Source: Candidatus Uhrbacteria bacterium
GTDB lineage: Bacteria > Patescibacteriota > Patescibacteriia > UBA9934
Assembly (NCBI GenBank): GCA_903827265.1
Contig: CAIKHN010000024.1
Location: forward strand, 69,332 to 117,653
Direction of reading: 5' to 3'
DNA: 48,322 nt
The position numbers and the translations under genes are program-made. Position 1 is the stretch's first letter. Every line of letters begins with the position of its first letter. Below the pieces are notes generated by a model. That model was not told the DNA's origin and made no database searches. It saw only the letters and a list, made by a program, of their open reading frames with translations. This document shows positions 33,264 to 42,322 of the stretch, in pieces.

Positions 33264-34662
33264 ACTCCTCTGGCAGAGAATGTTCCGTTGAGAGTGTTAG
33301 GGCACGATTAATGAGCGCGTCGATGTCTTTCCTCGACGACATCACGTCTGCCTCGAACCATTTCATCATTGGCGAATCCTCGTACTCGCCACGGCCGTGA
33401 ATCAACGCGAATGCAGCAATCACTTCTTCGAATTCACCGACACATTCAAACGGCTTCATCGTTCCGTATCCTGTAAGATCTTTGTACATCGGAAGAAGAT
33501 CTTCGCGGACCAACAGATCTTCACCAAACATCTCCACCATCTTTCGTCGAGGAATAAATGCGCCGAGCATAACGAAAACGAATGCACACTTTGGGCACTT
33601 GCCGCACCATCGCGTCACCGTTGGTACACTGCCTTGTTTGTAATTCGTATTACAGCTCGAAAACACGTTGAAATATTTTGCGTTTGCCGCAAATCGGCGC
33701 GCGATGTCGAGCTCGGAAAGTGGTCGGAGCAGGCTGAAGACGCGAACATCTTTCGATACGAACAATTCGATGTAGTGCTGAAGATCGCGCTCAGCCTCAA
33801 GGCTTTTGCTGTACTGGTGGTTAATGACAACACCGTCGACTTCCGTGTTTCCCGAGTTCGCACTTCGCTCATTAGCGAAAATCACATCGCGTCGACCATT
33901 CAGCGTCGCCACGATCGATGCCGCGATTCCGACGTACGCCGTAATTGGCACGTGACCGTTCCACGCACCGGCCTTGTTCAGTTCGATAAGTTTCGGATCG
34001 ATGACGCGCGATACGGAGAAAAGTTTTCCACCGACCTCTGCAGCAACCTCGCGGATTCTTGCGTGATTCCCAAACATGAACAGATCGAACGGGATATTCG
34101 CCAACTTCAGCATCTCGATTGCGACGAGGGAATCCTTCCCGCCACCGATGGGAACGATGGCGCCGGCGAGTGGCTTCCCCTTATTTATGGGGGGACCGAG
34201 GGGGGCCGAATCTAACGCCCCCTCCGACTCACTCTCCTCACCCGGCTCAGGTTCGTCGAGCGCCATAAATGGGGGAGAGAATTCGCCAACCGGAAACCTC
34301 ACATAATCCCTAAAATCTAAATCATTTCGGAAAAAGAACTCACCGAGTCCCAACGTATACAACTTATTCCACGATGCAGCCTGCTCGGCAGACAATGTTC
34401 CAGATTCAACGATGATCGTTGGAGGTAACTTCGCTTTGTAGTAGCTAATTCCGGCGATGAGGTGAAGGGCGAAGAGGGCGCGATCCAAAGCCCCCTCCGA
34501 CTCCCCCATAAATGGGGGAGTGTTTTCACCAATCGGAAACACCAACCGCTCCACAAATTCCTCTTCGTCGATTCCGTACTTCAACAACACTTCCCCACTT
34601 TCGCGATCAAAAGAATAGGACTTGAAAATGAATTGCTTCGCAGGGGAAATGATGGTTTGCAT
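33235..34662 (-). CDS. PP-loop-like ATPase-fold protein of unknown function, coupled to murD (MurL-like candidate)
   Basis: IVPIGGGKDSLVAIEML resembles the SGGxDS PP-loop. It also has a C-terminal CGKCPKC. Its 3' end overlaps the murD start by 29 nt. The gene contains in-frame GC-rich repeat elements. Confidence 0.5.
   Translation of the reverse strand: MQTIISPAKQFIFKSYSFDRESGEVLLKYGIDEEEFVERLVFPIGENTPPFMGESEGALDRALFALHLIAGISYYKAKLPPTIIVESGTLSAEQAASWNKLYTLGLGEFFFRNDLDFRDYVRFPVGEFSPPFMALDEPEPGEESESEGALDSAPLGPPINKGKPLAGAIVPIGGGKDSLVAIEMLKLANIPFDLFMFGNHARIREVAAEVGGKLFSVSRVIDPKLIELNKAGAWNGHVPITAYVGIAASIVATLNGRRDVIFANERSANSGNTEVDGVVINHQYSKSLEAERDLQHYIELFVSKDVRVFSLLRPLSELDIARRFAANAKYFNVFSSCNTNYKQGSVPTVTRWCGKCPKCAFVFVMLGAFIPRRKMVEMFGEDLLVREDLLPMYKDLTGYGTMKPFECVGEFEEVIAAFALIHGRGEYEDSPMMKWFEADVMSSRKDIDALINRALTLSTEHSLPEEYAQLVYASR
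34207..34295 (-). repeat. in-frame C-run/G-run palindromic element, copy A (interrupted by about 31 nt)
   Basis: The coding strand reads ttccggttggcgaattctctcccccatttatgg[31 nt]gagtcggagggggcgttagattcg, about 85% identical to copy B outside the insert. Further hairpin modules abut it at 34177-34225. Confidence 0.7.
34481..34538 (-). repeat. in-frame C-run/G-run palindromic element, copy B
   Basis: The coding strand reads ttccgattggtgaaaacactcccccatttatgggggagtcggagggggctttggatcg. It forms a perfect 8-bp hairpin CTCCCCCA-TTTA-TGGGGGAG and encodes FPIGENTPPFMGESEGALD. Confidence 0.7.
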
Positions 34663-34664
34663 AC

Positions 34665-35441
34665 TTATCCGTCAAGTTCCGCAAGCCACTGTTTGAGTAC
34701 GGCTTTTGTTTCTTCTGGATCTTTTACCGACACCGTCTCAACGCCGGTGCGGATCACTGGGTGGTCATTTCCACCTTCATAAAGCGCATCTCCCACAAAA
34801 ACCATTGCAGAGACAGGAATGCCAAGATGCTCCTCAATTTTCTCAATGCCGTAGCCTTTATCGATCCCTTTGCGAGTTATATCAATCGACGTTAACCCAG
34901 GAACCTTCACTTCGAAATCTGGCAAAAGCTTTCGAACAGCGTCCGCAAGCGCGAGCCGACGATCATCGTGCGCAGCCTTAAACGCTTCCTTTACTTCAAG
35001 AGGCGCCTGTTGGCCACATGCCGAAAACGTCATCTGAGTTCCTCGGTCTTCCACTATCTCGCCGTAAACAGTCTCGGGATCGTGATAGTCGATGTCTTTG
35101 TACGCCTGTTCAAACGCGTCCCTAATTTTTTTGCGTTCAGCCTCTGACATTTCATCTGCATAGACCTGTACCCATTCCCCGTCGATACTCCGATAAAATC
35201 GTGTTCCTGTTGTTGGGAAGAAAAATAATCGAGAAAGATGGTCTGCATCACGCGTTAATGCTTGAAACTGTGCCTCGAATCGATCAAAGGCGCCACCGGT
35301 AATCACGGCAATACTCATGCGATCAAGAATCTTTTCAAAGAGGTCCGCCATCTCCGAATCCATTGGCGATTTACTTGGCGTAATCGTCCCGTCAAGGTCA
35401 AAAACCATGATTTTCTTTCCAAGAATTGATGGGATGTTCAT
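34665..35441 (-). CDS. HAD-IIB family hydrolase (phosphomannomutase-like)
   Basis: MVFDLDGTITPS (DxDGT), ITGG, and FVGDALYEGGND. Confidence 0.75.
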   Translation of the reverse strand: MNIPSILGKKIMVFDLDGTITPSKSPMDSEMADLFEKILDRMSIAVITGGAFDRFEAQFQALTRDADHLSRLFFFPTTGTRFYRSIDGEWVQVYADEMSEAERKKIRDAFEQAYKDIDYHDPETVYGEIVEDRGTQMTFSACGQQAPLEVKEAFKAAHDDRRLALADAVRKLLPDFEVKVPGLTSIDITRKGIDKGYGIEKIEEHLGIPVSAMVFVGDALYEGGNDHPVIRTGVETVSVKDPEETKAVLKQWLAELDG

Positions 35442-35534
35442 AATTTGGCTTACGTTAGCGACAAGCAGCATTTTACCGCTTTACGGTGAGTGAGGAAAGA
35501 CCTATGATTCTTGCAACACATTAACATACCTTCT

Positions 35535-36083
35535 ATGCCAATGATGATCGTGGTCGGCGTACTTGTTCTTGGAGGACTTTGGTTAGTTGTCGTCTTCAAC
35601 GGCCTCGTCACCAGCAAGAACCGTGTAGACGAAGCATGGGCAGATATTGAGGTGCAATTGAAACGCCGATACGATCTTATTCCAAACCTCGTGAACGTCG
35701 TAAAAGGATACGCAACACATGAGAGCTCGGTGTTCGAAAATGTCACAAAGGCTCGCAATACCGCAATGAATGCAGGAAATCCTGTTGAACACGCAAAGGC
35801 AGAAAACGCACTCTCTGGAACGCTGAAGACGCTTTTCGCGGTTGCAGAGAACTACCCAGACTTGAAGGCATCAGATAACTTCAGCCATCTGCAGCGCGAG
35901 CTTGTTGACACCGAAGATAAAATTCAAGCTGCACGCCGCTTCTACAACGGTAACACTCGCGACTTCAACACCAAGCTCCAGGTGTTCCCAACGAATATGG
36001 TCGCAAACATGCTCGGCTTTAAGAAGTACGATTTCTACGACGCTCCTGAAGTTGCAGACATCGCACCAACGGTGACGTTCTAA
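35535..36083 (+). CDS. lemA: LemA family membrane protein
   Basis: N-terminal TM, then NGLV...VDEAWADIEVQLKRRYDLIPNLV ... ENYPDLKA ... RRFYN. The ATG at 35535 is preferred over the TTG at 35511. Confidence 0.9.
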   Translation: MPMMIVVGVLVLGGLWLVVVFNGLVTSKNRVDEAWADIEVQLKRRYDLIPNLVNVVKGYATHESSVFENVTKARNTAMNAGNPVEHAKAENALSGTLKTLFAVAENYPDLKASDNFSHLQRELVDTEDKIQAARRFYNGNTRDFNTKLQVFPTNMVANMLGFKKYDFYDAPEVADIAPTVTF

Positions 36084-36091
36084 ACACATTT

Positions 36092-36113
36092 GAGACGGCC
36101 CGCGGGCCGTCTC
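36092..36113. other. perfect 22-nt GC-rich palindrome between lemA and htpX
   Basis: GAGACGGCCCGCGGGCCGTCTC, with no U-tract on either strand. Confidence 0.7.
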
Positions 36114-36123
36114 TACAGATTCT

Positions 36124-37017
36124 ATGTACGCAGACATTGCCAGCAACAAACGCAGAACGTGGATTCTTGTGCTTGTCATGAGTACTGTTGTCATTGGAAT
36201 GTCATGGCTTTTGGGAACACTCAACGGACTCGATGCTAGCGGAAGCATCATTCTCGGAACCGTCATCGCAACAATCTACAGCCTCATCAGCTATTACGGA
36301 TCCTCATCCATTGCGCTTTCTGTGAGTGATGCGAAACCAATCGCAAAAGCACAAGCACCGGACCTCTACAATGTCGTCGAAAATCTCTGTATTGCAAACG
36401 GCCAACCAACACCAGCGATCTACATTATTGAAGACGCGAGCCCAAATGCCTTTGCAACAGGGCGCGATCCGGAACACGCGTCGATCGCCTTCACCACGGG
36501 AATTATCGCAATCCTTACCCGTGAAGAACTCGAAGGCGTTGCCGCGCATGAACTCTCACACGTGAAAAATTACGACATTCGTGTCATGACGATCGTCGTC
36601 GTCCTTGTTGGACTCATCTCGCTCATTGCTGACATTCTCATTCACATGCGCATAAGTCGGAGCAGCGATCGCGACAATAATGCGGCCGGTATTCTCATGG
36701 TTGTCGGCATTGTGCTCGCAATTCTCTCCCCGCTCTTTGCGCAACTGATTCAATTCGCAATTTCACGAAGTCGTGAGTATCTCGCCGATGCAAGCGGGGC
36801 GCTCCTCACCCGCTACCCAGAAGGCCTCGCATCGGCATTAACCAAAATCAAAACAAACGGCGTACCGATGCAACGCGCAAATCACGCAACCGCACATTTG
36901 TTCCTCAGTAATCCATTCGGCGCAAAGAAAGAATCCCGATCCTGGCTCTCAAACATCTTCTCTACTCACCCACCAATTGAAGAGCGCATCGCTCGTCTCC
37001 GTAGCATGGGTCGATAA
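36124..37017 (+). CDS. htpX: M48 zinc protease HtpX
   Basis: AHELSHVKNYD (HExxH), four TM segments, and a C-terminal THPPIEERI. Confidence 0.93.
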   Translation: MYADIASNKRRTWILVLVMSTVVIGMSWLLGTLNGLDASGSIILGTVIATIYSLISYYGSSSIALSVSDAKPIAKAQAPDLYNVVENLCIANGQPTPAIYIIEDASPNAFATGRDPEHASIAFTTGIIAILTREELEGVAAHELSHVKNYDIRVMTIVVVLVGLISLIADILIHMRISRSSDRDNNAAGILMVVGIVLAILSPLFAQLIQFAISRSREYLADASGALLTRYPEGLASALTKIKTNGVPMQRANHATAHLFLSNPFGAKKESRSWLSNIFSTHPPIEERIARLRSMGR

Positions 37018-37022
37018 TCTCT

Positions 37023-39533
37023 ATGAATGAACTTCTTGAAACCTTTACAAGCCACCTCAAAGCCGTGCTCACGAGAGCATTGTGTTTGGCGGTGGAAGAA
37101 GGCGGCGACACCATTGCGCCGACGCATTTGCTTTGGGCACTCGGAACAGAAGATGGATGTATCGGCGCGGAAATTCTCCGAAAAGCCGGCGCAACACCAG
37201 CAAGCCTGCGTCGACTCGTGTTTCTCGACGAAGCAGGGCTACCCGACGACGCAATTATGCGCGCGAGCAAAATTACGCCTCTGCTTTCTGAAGAATCGAA
37301 AGCGATCATCGAAAAAGCCGTGCACGCGGCGAGCATTCATGGGCATCGTTATGTTGGCACCGAACACTTACTTCACGGAATCATCGAGGCAAAGACTCCT
37401 GAAATTGCAACGTATCTCGTTGCAGACGGCATAAGCGAAACCGTTATTCATGACAATCTTTTGACCGTATTTCAAACCACGGCAAACTTCCCGGAACCAC
37501 TGGAAAACGCAAAAAGCATTCGTGCCGCAGTGAAACAAAATGAAGACAAAAAGCCGTGCGAAGAATGTGGACATATTCATGACGATAACGATCACGGCAA
37601 CGAAAAAGACTCCGCGCTTGGGTATTTCACCACCGAACTTACCGATACGGAGATCGCGAGCGCCATCGATCCTGTCATTGGCCGCGACGAAGAGATCGAT
37701 CGCGTTATTGCAATTCTCGCACGTCGCACAAAAAATAATCCACTCCTCCTTGGCGAACCTGGCGTTGGAAAAACCGCAATCGCGGAAGGCTTGGCAAAGC
37801 GCATCCTTGAAGGAACTGTTCCTGACGCTGTTCTCCGATTGCACGTTCATCGTCTCGACATGTCTGCGCTTGTTGCTGGAACAATGTATCGTGGCGACTT
37901 TGAGGCACGAGTAACGCAACTGCTTGAAGAACTTCAGGAACGCGATGACGTCGTGCTATTTATTGACGAAATCCACACCATCATTGGCGCAGGGGCCGCA
38001 AGCGGATCACTTGATGCTGCAAACATGCTCAAGCCAGCACTCGCTCGTGGTGAATTGCGTTGCATTGGCGCGACGACATCCGCCGAGTACAAGAAGCACA
38101 TCATGGTCGATGCTGCACTCGAACGCCGATTTGCTCCCGTCATCGTTCGCGAGCCTAGCGCAAACGAAACACTCAAAGTACTCAATGGTATTAAACATCG
38201 GTACGAAACACATCATAGCGTCGTATACCCCGATATTGCCCTCGAGACTATTGTCCGCATTGCCGATCGCTACATGACCGGAAAACAATTCCCTGATAAG
38301 GCGATCGATCTTCTAGACGAAGCCGGAGCACACGCAAACGTCGGCAGAAAATCAACCGATCGCCGTGCGCTCAAAATTCGTGCACTCGAAACCGAGCTTG
38401 CGCAGATTCGCGAATCAAAGTCCTCAGCAGTCACAAACGAACGCTTCCCCGACGCTGTTGCGCTCAAAGACAAAGAAACCGCACTTCAGCGCGACATCGA
38501 CGAACTCAAGGCGGCGCCAGTGACCCGATCTTCGATCACTATTACCAGCGACATGATTCTCGCAGTGGCATCAAAAACCACCGGTATTCCCTTGACGCGA
38601 TTAAACGCCGATGATCACGAATCACTCCGCAGTCTCAACGAACGTCTACAGAAGCACGTCGTAGCCCAAGATTCGGCTATCGCGACCGTTGCAGACGCAA
38701 TGCGCAGAGCAAAGCTCGGCTTCGCCAAACCAAACCATCCATTGGCATCATTCCTCTTTGCCGGACCATCGGGTGTCGGAAAAACCGCGCTTGCAAAAGC
38801 GCTTGCCGTCGAAATGTTCGGTGACGCAAAGGCGCTCATTCGTTTTGATATGAGTGAATTTGCAGAAGGCTTTAGTGTCAGCAAGCTTGTTGGCGCTCCG
38901 GCTGGCTATGTTGGCTACCGCGAAGGCGCAAAGTTAAGCGATGCGCTTCGAGATCGACCGCACGCAGTTATTCTCTTCGATGAGCTCGAGAAAGCGCACA
39001 GAGACGTTCAAGCGCTCCTCCTTCAGATTCTCGATGAAGGCTCGATTACCGATGCAACCGGCGCAAAAGTAAACTTCCAGCAAAGCGTCGTGATCATGAC
39101 AACAAACGCCGGACAAGACAGACTCCAAAAGAAAAACCTCGGCTTCCACGAGGCACAACAATCGCCATCAAAGGCACACGACGATCTTCGCGCGGTGTTT
39201 GAGGAGCAATTCCGCCCTGAACTCGTAAATCGCATTGGACACATTTGCGTGTTTAACCCGCTGAAGGCCGATGACATTGTGAAAATTACCAAAATCGCCA
39301 TTTCCGACATGATCGCACGACTCAACACCGCGAAGCTTTCCGTGACGCTTCCAAAAAAGCTCGCAGAAACGCTTGCGAAATATGTCAAAACGCATCATGG
39401 CGCTCGCGATGTCCATCGCGTACTTGAAGAACATCTCGAACACAGCATCGCAAACGCGATCCTCTCTACAAAACGATTAAAGTCCCACCTAAACGTTACC
39501 ATCGAGAAAGACGGCAATATCAAGGTTCGATAA
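37023..39533 (+). CDS. clpC: ATP-dependent Clp protease ATP-binding subunit (ClpC-like, two AAA+ modules)
   Basis: Clp_N repeats, Walker A GEPGVGKT and GPSGVGKT, a short middle domain, and an LGF tripeptide in D2 suggesting ClpP docking. Confidence 0.85.
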   Translation: MNELLETFTSHLKAVLTRALCLAVEEGGDTIAPTHLLWALGTEDGCIGAEILRKAGATPASLRRLVFLDEAGLPDDAIMRASKITPLLSEESKAIIEKAVHAASIHGHRYVGTEHLLHGIIEAKTPEIATYLVADGISETVIHDNLLTVFQTTANFPEPLENAKSIRAAVKQNEDKKPCEECGHIHDDNDHGNEKDSALGYFTTELTDTEIASAIDPVIGRDEEIDRVIAILARRTKNNPLLLGEPGVGKTAIAEGLAKRILEGTVPDAVLRLHVHRLDMSALVAGTMYRGDFEARVTQLLEELQERDDVVLFIDEIHTIIGAGAASGSLDAANMLKPALARGELRCIGATTSAEYKKHIMVDAALERRFAPVIVREPSANETLKVLNGIKHRYETHHSVVYPDIALETIVRIADRYMTGKQFPDKAIDLLDEAGAHANVGRKSTDRRALKIRALETELAQIRESKSSAVTNERFPDAVALKDKETALQRDIDELKAAPVTRSSITITSDMILAVASKTTGIPLTRLNADDHESLRSLNERLQKHVVAQDSAIATVADAMRRAKLGFAKPNHPLASFLFAGPSGVGKTALAKALAVEMFGDAKALIRFDMSEFAEGFSVSKLVGAPAGYVGYREGAKLSDALRDRPHAVILFDELEKAHRDVQALLLQILDEGSITDATGAKVNFQQSVVIMTTNAGQDRLQKKNLGFHEAQQSPSKAHDDLRAVFEEQFRPELVNRIGHICVFNPLKADDIVKITKIAISDMIARLNTAKLSVTLPKKLAETLAKYVKTHHGARDVHRVLEEHLEHSIANAILSTKRLKSHLNVTIEKDGNIKVR

Positions 39534-39550
39534 TCATATAGTCCCTAAAC

Positions 39551-39578
39551 AAAACCATCCGAATTTTCGGATGGTTTT
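39551..39578 (+). terminator. intrinsic terminator after clpC
   Basis: AAAACCATCCG-aatttt-CGGATGGTTTT. It is followed by the extended -10 TGATATAAT at 39589-39597. Confidence 0.85.
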
Positions 39579-39608
39579 GTGTGTTGCGTGATATAATCAG
39601 GACATCAT

Positions 39609-40436
39609 ATGGCGTCGCCTGCCGCAGTATCGCGCACAGCATCAGCACAACAAAGCATCGCGCTTCGTGCTGCGCGTCTTGAGGCACAAAAAAAATACAT
39701 GGGGCGTACCGCAAGCGGCAATAGACGTGGACTAAGCACGCAATCTGTTTCCACGCAGCGAAAGACGGCGGGATCATCCACCACTCAAGATCGCATGAGG
39801 CAATTCAACGCAAGCCGTCATGCCGCACAACGCTACGCCGCCCCAAGCCGAACCATTCCGTCGCTCCAAGAAACAAGTGCATCATTACGCGAAAGCGATA
39901 CTGATCAGGAGGATGACGCCGACGAACTCGAAGCGTATGCTGCACAAATTGCCGACGAGAACGATGAAGCTGAAACACTCCAGCTCGGGCTTCGCGCTCG
40001 TTCGCGCGCAAAATCTGCAACCGAAAAATCCGCACAGAAAAGCCTTGAAAAACACATGAAGGAAATTGAACAGCTCACCGCAGAAATGAAATCATTCGCC
40101 ACAAACAAAGGAATGTCATTATTTGGCCAAGGCGAAGAACTTGAAGTCGCCGACACCACCGGAACAACAATGTCGTTCGTGCAATGGGGAATGACATTCT
40201 TTAAGGACAGCATCAGCGACGACCAAAAAACCATGCTCGCAAAAGTTGGCTTACCGATTAACGACAAATTTAAGATTGGCGCCGATCTCGGCACCGTTGT
40301 TCAGGCATTAGCAATGACCGCAAAAATTACATTCATTCTTTTTCTCGTCGTCTTCATATTCCTCACATTCACCTATGCCCATGAAGTGATTGGCGGCGTC
40401 ATAACGACGGCACGACAACTACTTCTCGGTATTTAA
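39609..40436 (+). CDS. hypothetical protein with disordered N-half and C-terminal TM anchor
   Basis: Ser/Thr/Arg/Gln-rich low-complexity N-terminus, an acidic stretch, and a C-terminal hydrophobic helix (ITFILFLVVFIFLTF). Confidence 0.5.
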   Translation: MASPAAVSRTASAQQSIALRAARLEAQKKYMGRTASGNRRGLSTQSVSTQRKTAGSSTTQDRMRQFNASRHAAQRYAAPSRTIPSLQETSASLRESDTDQEDDADELEAYAAQIADENDEAETLQLGLRARSRAKSATEKSAQKSLEKHMKEIEQLTAEMKSFATNKGMSLFGQGEELEVADTTGTTMSFVQWGMTFFKDSISDDQKTMLAKVGLPINDKFKIGADLGTVVQALAMTAKITFILFLVVFIFLTFTYAHEVIGGVITTARQLLLGI

Positions 40437-41671
40437 TGTCTTTTATGTCTGATCGCACAAAATTCTTTCTCAAAATTGCGGGATTCGCCGCCGTAACTGG
40501 AATCATTGCCTGGGCAATTTATGCCGTGTTTTTCCAGAAGGCCGTCACGATCCTCACCACGACGACGCCGGGAACAACAACCAACGGATCCTTGCCTTCC
40601 GCAAACACCGGAACACCAGGAACCGGAACAACCGGAGGAACAACAAATGACAGCGGAACAGGAACACAACTCACGCCATCTTCTATTGCAAAAGGAGGAG
40701 AAACGATAACAACACGCCTCACAAACACCGCAATTTCAAGTCCAACGGTTACCGCCGACGGATCTGTCGCATATTACGATCCTGCTGACGGAAAGTTTTA
40801 CACCATCGATGCGAACGGCAACGTTGTCGCAATGTCACAAGCAACATTCCCGAAAGCAGAAGCCGTCACCTTCGATGCAGGTGCAACGAGCGCAGTTATT
40901 GAATTCCCCGATGGAAGCAACGTCGCATACGATTTCTCAACTGCAAAACAAGTCACATTACCAAGCCACTGGGAAGACTTCTCGTTCTCCGCAACCGGAG
41001 ACAGTATTGCTGCAAAAAGCGTTGGTACAGACCCATCAAACCGCGCGCTCGTCGTCACGAATACCGACGGAACTGAAACAAAAGTCATCGCAAGCCTTGG
41101 AGCAAATGACGACAAAGTCAGCGTAAGCTGGTCGCCAAATAATACCGTTCTCGGATTCTCCGCAACTGGAGGAAGCATTGGCGGCTCGTTTGGAAGACAG
41201 GAAATTTATCTCATCGGCCCAGATGGAAGTGCGTCCGGTGCCCTTATCGTCGATGGCACAAGCTTCCACAATATCTGGGCGCCTGATGGAAAGCACCTTC
41301 TCTATTCTGTCGCAGACAGCGAAAACGGCTACAAGGCAGCGCTCTGGTATGCCGACAGCAAAGGCGATCGTGCTGGCGAAAGCCGAAAGAAAATGGCCGT
41401 CTCAACACTGGTAAGCAAATGTACGTTCGCAACAAATACCATTGTGTATTGCGGCGTGCCACGCGAAATGTCACCAGGAGACGGAAGTGATTCATCACGA
41501 ATTACTGCCGACGACGACTTGTACAAAATCGATGTTTCTACGGGTAATGCAACGCTTGTTGCAGTGCCGGCCGTTGATACGAAAATTTTCTCCCCAAGTA
41601 TTTCGAGCGACGGCACGAACTTCTTCTATACTGATGCAAGCGGGCGCCTCAATGTTATCCATCTCAAGTAG
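40436..41671 (+). CDS. membrane-anchored TolB-like beta-propeller (PD40/WD40-like repeats)
   Basis: N-terminal TM and a Thr/Gly-rich linker. Repeated motifs of the type SP(T/N)...DG..(L/I)(A/Y)Y/F follow, such as WSPNNTVLGFS and WAPDGKHLLYS. Confidence 0.65.
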   Translation: MSFMSDRTKFFLKIAGFAAVTGIIAWAIYAVFFQKAVTILTTTTPGTTTNGSLPSANTGTPGTGTTGGTTNDSGTGTQLTPSSIAKGGETITTRLTNTAISSPTVTADGSVAYYDPADGKFYTIDANGNVVAMSQATFPKAEAVTFDAGATSAVIEFPDGSNVAYDFSTAKQVTLPSHWEDFSFSATGDSIAAKSVGTDPSNRALVVTNTDGTETKVIASLGANDDKVSVSWSPNNTVLGFSATGGSIGGSFGRQEIYLIGPDGSASGALIVDGTSFHNIWAPDGKHLLYSVADSENGYKAALWYADSKGDRAGESRKKMAVSTLVSKCTFATNTIVYCGVPREMSPGDGSDSSRITADDDLYKIDVSTGNATLVAVPAVDTKIFSPSISSDGTNFFYTDASGRLNVIHLK

Positions 41672-41674
41672 CCT

Positions 41675-42322
41675 ATGAAATACTTCTGGCATTTTGCAAT
41701 ATCCATCGGCGTACTTGCGCTCATTTTGTTCGCATTCTTTGGGGCTTCGCTCTCGTTTGGCAATCACATTACCTATACAGATCAAAACACTATTACCGAA
41801 CCAACAGTCACTTTCATTGACCCTATTCTTGGAAACTCACCAGCAAAGGCAACTATCGTTGTGTATGGAGACTACGGATGCGACACATGCGCAACACTCG
41901 ATGCAGCGCTCGTAGGCCTTCTTGCCGAGGACTATCCGAACGATCTGCGCATTGTATGGAAAGACATGCCGAACACGTCACAACATCCGGAAGCACTGAA
42001 CGCGGCTATCGCTGCTCGATGCGCCGGAACGCAAGGAAAATTTTGGGAATACAACGCGCTTCTCATGAAAAATCAAGCGACGCTTGGCGCAGAACTGTAC
42101 AGCACAATCGCGACACAGCTTGAACTGAAGAGCTCGTCATTTGCATCATGTGTTAGCCAGCAGACACCCTCAGCAATTGTTCAACAAACATACGAAGAGG
42201 GCCTAACGCTCGGCGTCAGCGCAACACCAACGATCTTCATTAACGGAACGCGATACACCGGAGCAATCGATAAGGGCACGTTAAAAACAATGATCCGACA
42301 AATTGTTGTTTCAAACACATGA
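41675..42322 (+). CDS. DsbA-like thiol:disulfide oxidoreductase
   Basis: N-terminal anchor and a thioredoxin-fold CxxC (YGDYGCDTCATLD). TPTIFINGTRY is typical of DsbA/DsbG-like proteins. Confidence 0.8.
   Translation: MKYFWHFAISIGVLALILFAFFGASLSFGNHITYTDQNTITEPTVTFIDPILGNSPAKATIVVYGDYGCDTCATLDAALVGLLAEDYPNDLRIVWKDMPNTSQHPEALNAAIAARCAGTQGKFWEYNALLMKNQATLGAELYSTIATQLELKSSSFASCVSQQTPSAIVQQTYEEGLTLGVSATPTIFINGTRYTGAIDKGTLKTMIRQIVVSNT

Noticed and set aside
33397-34215. 272-aa plus-strand ORF.
   Set aside because: It is antisense to the PP-loop gene, which has the GGGKDS and CxxC motifs and is coupled to murD.
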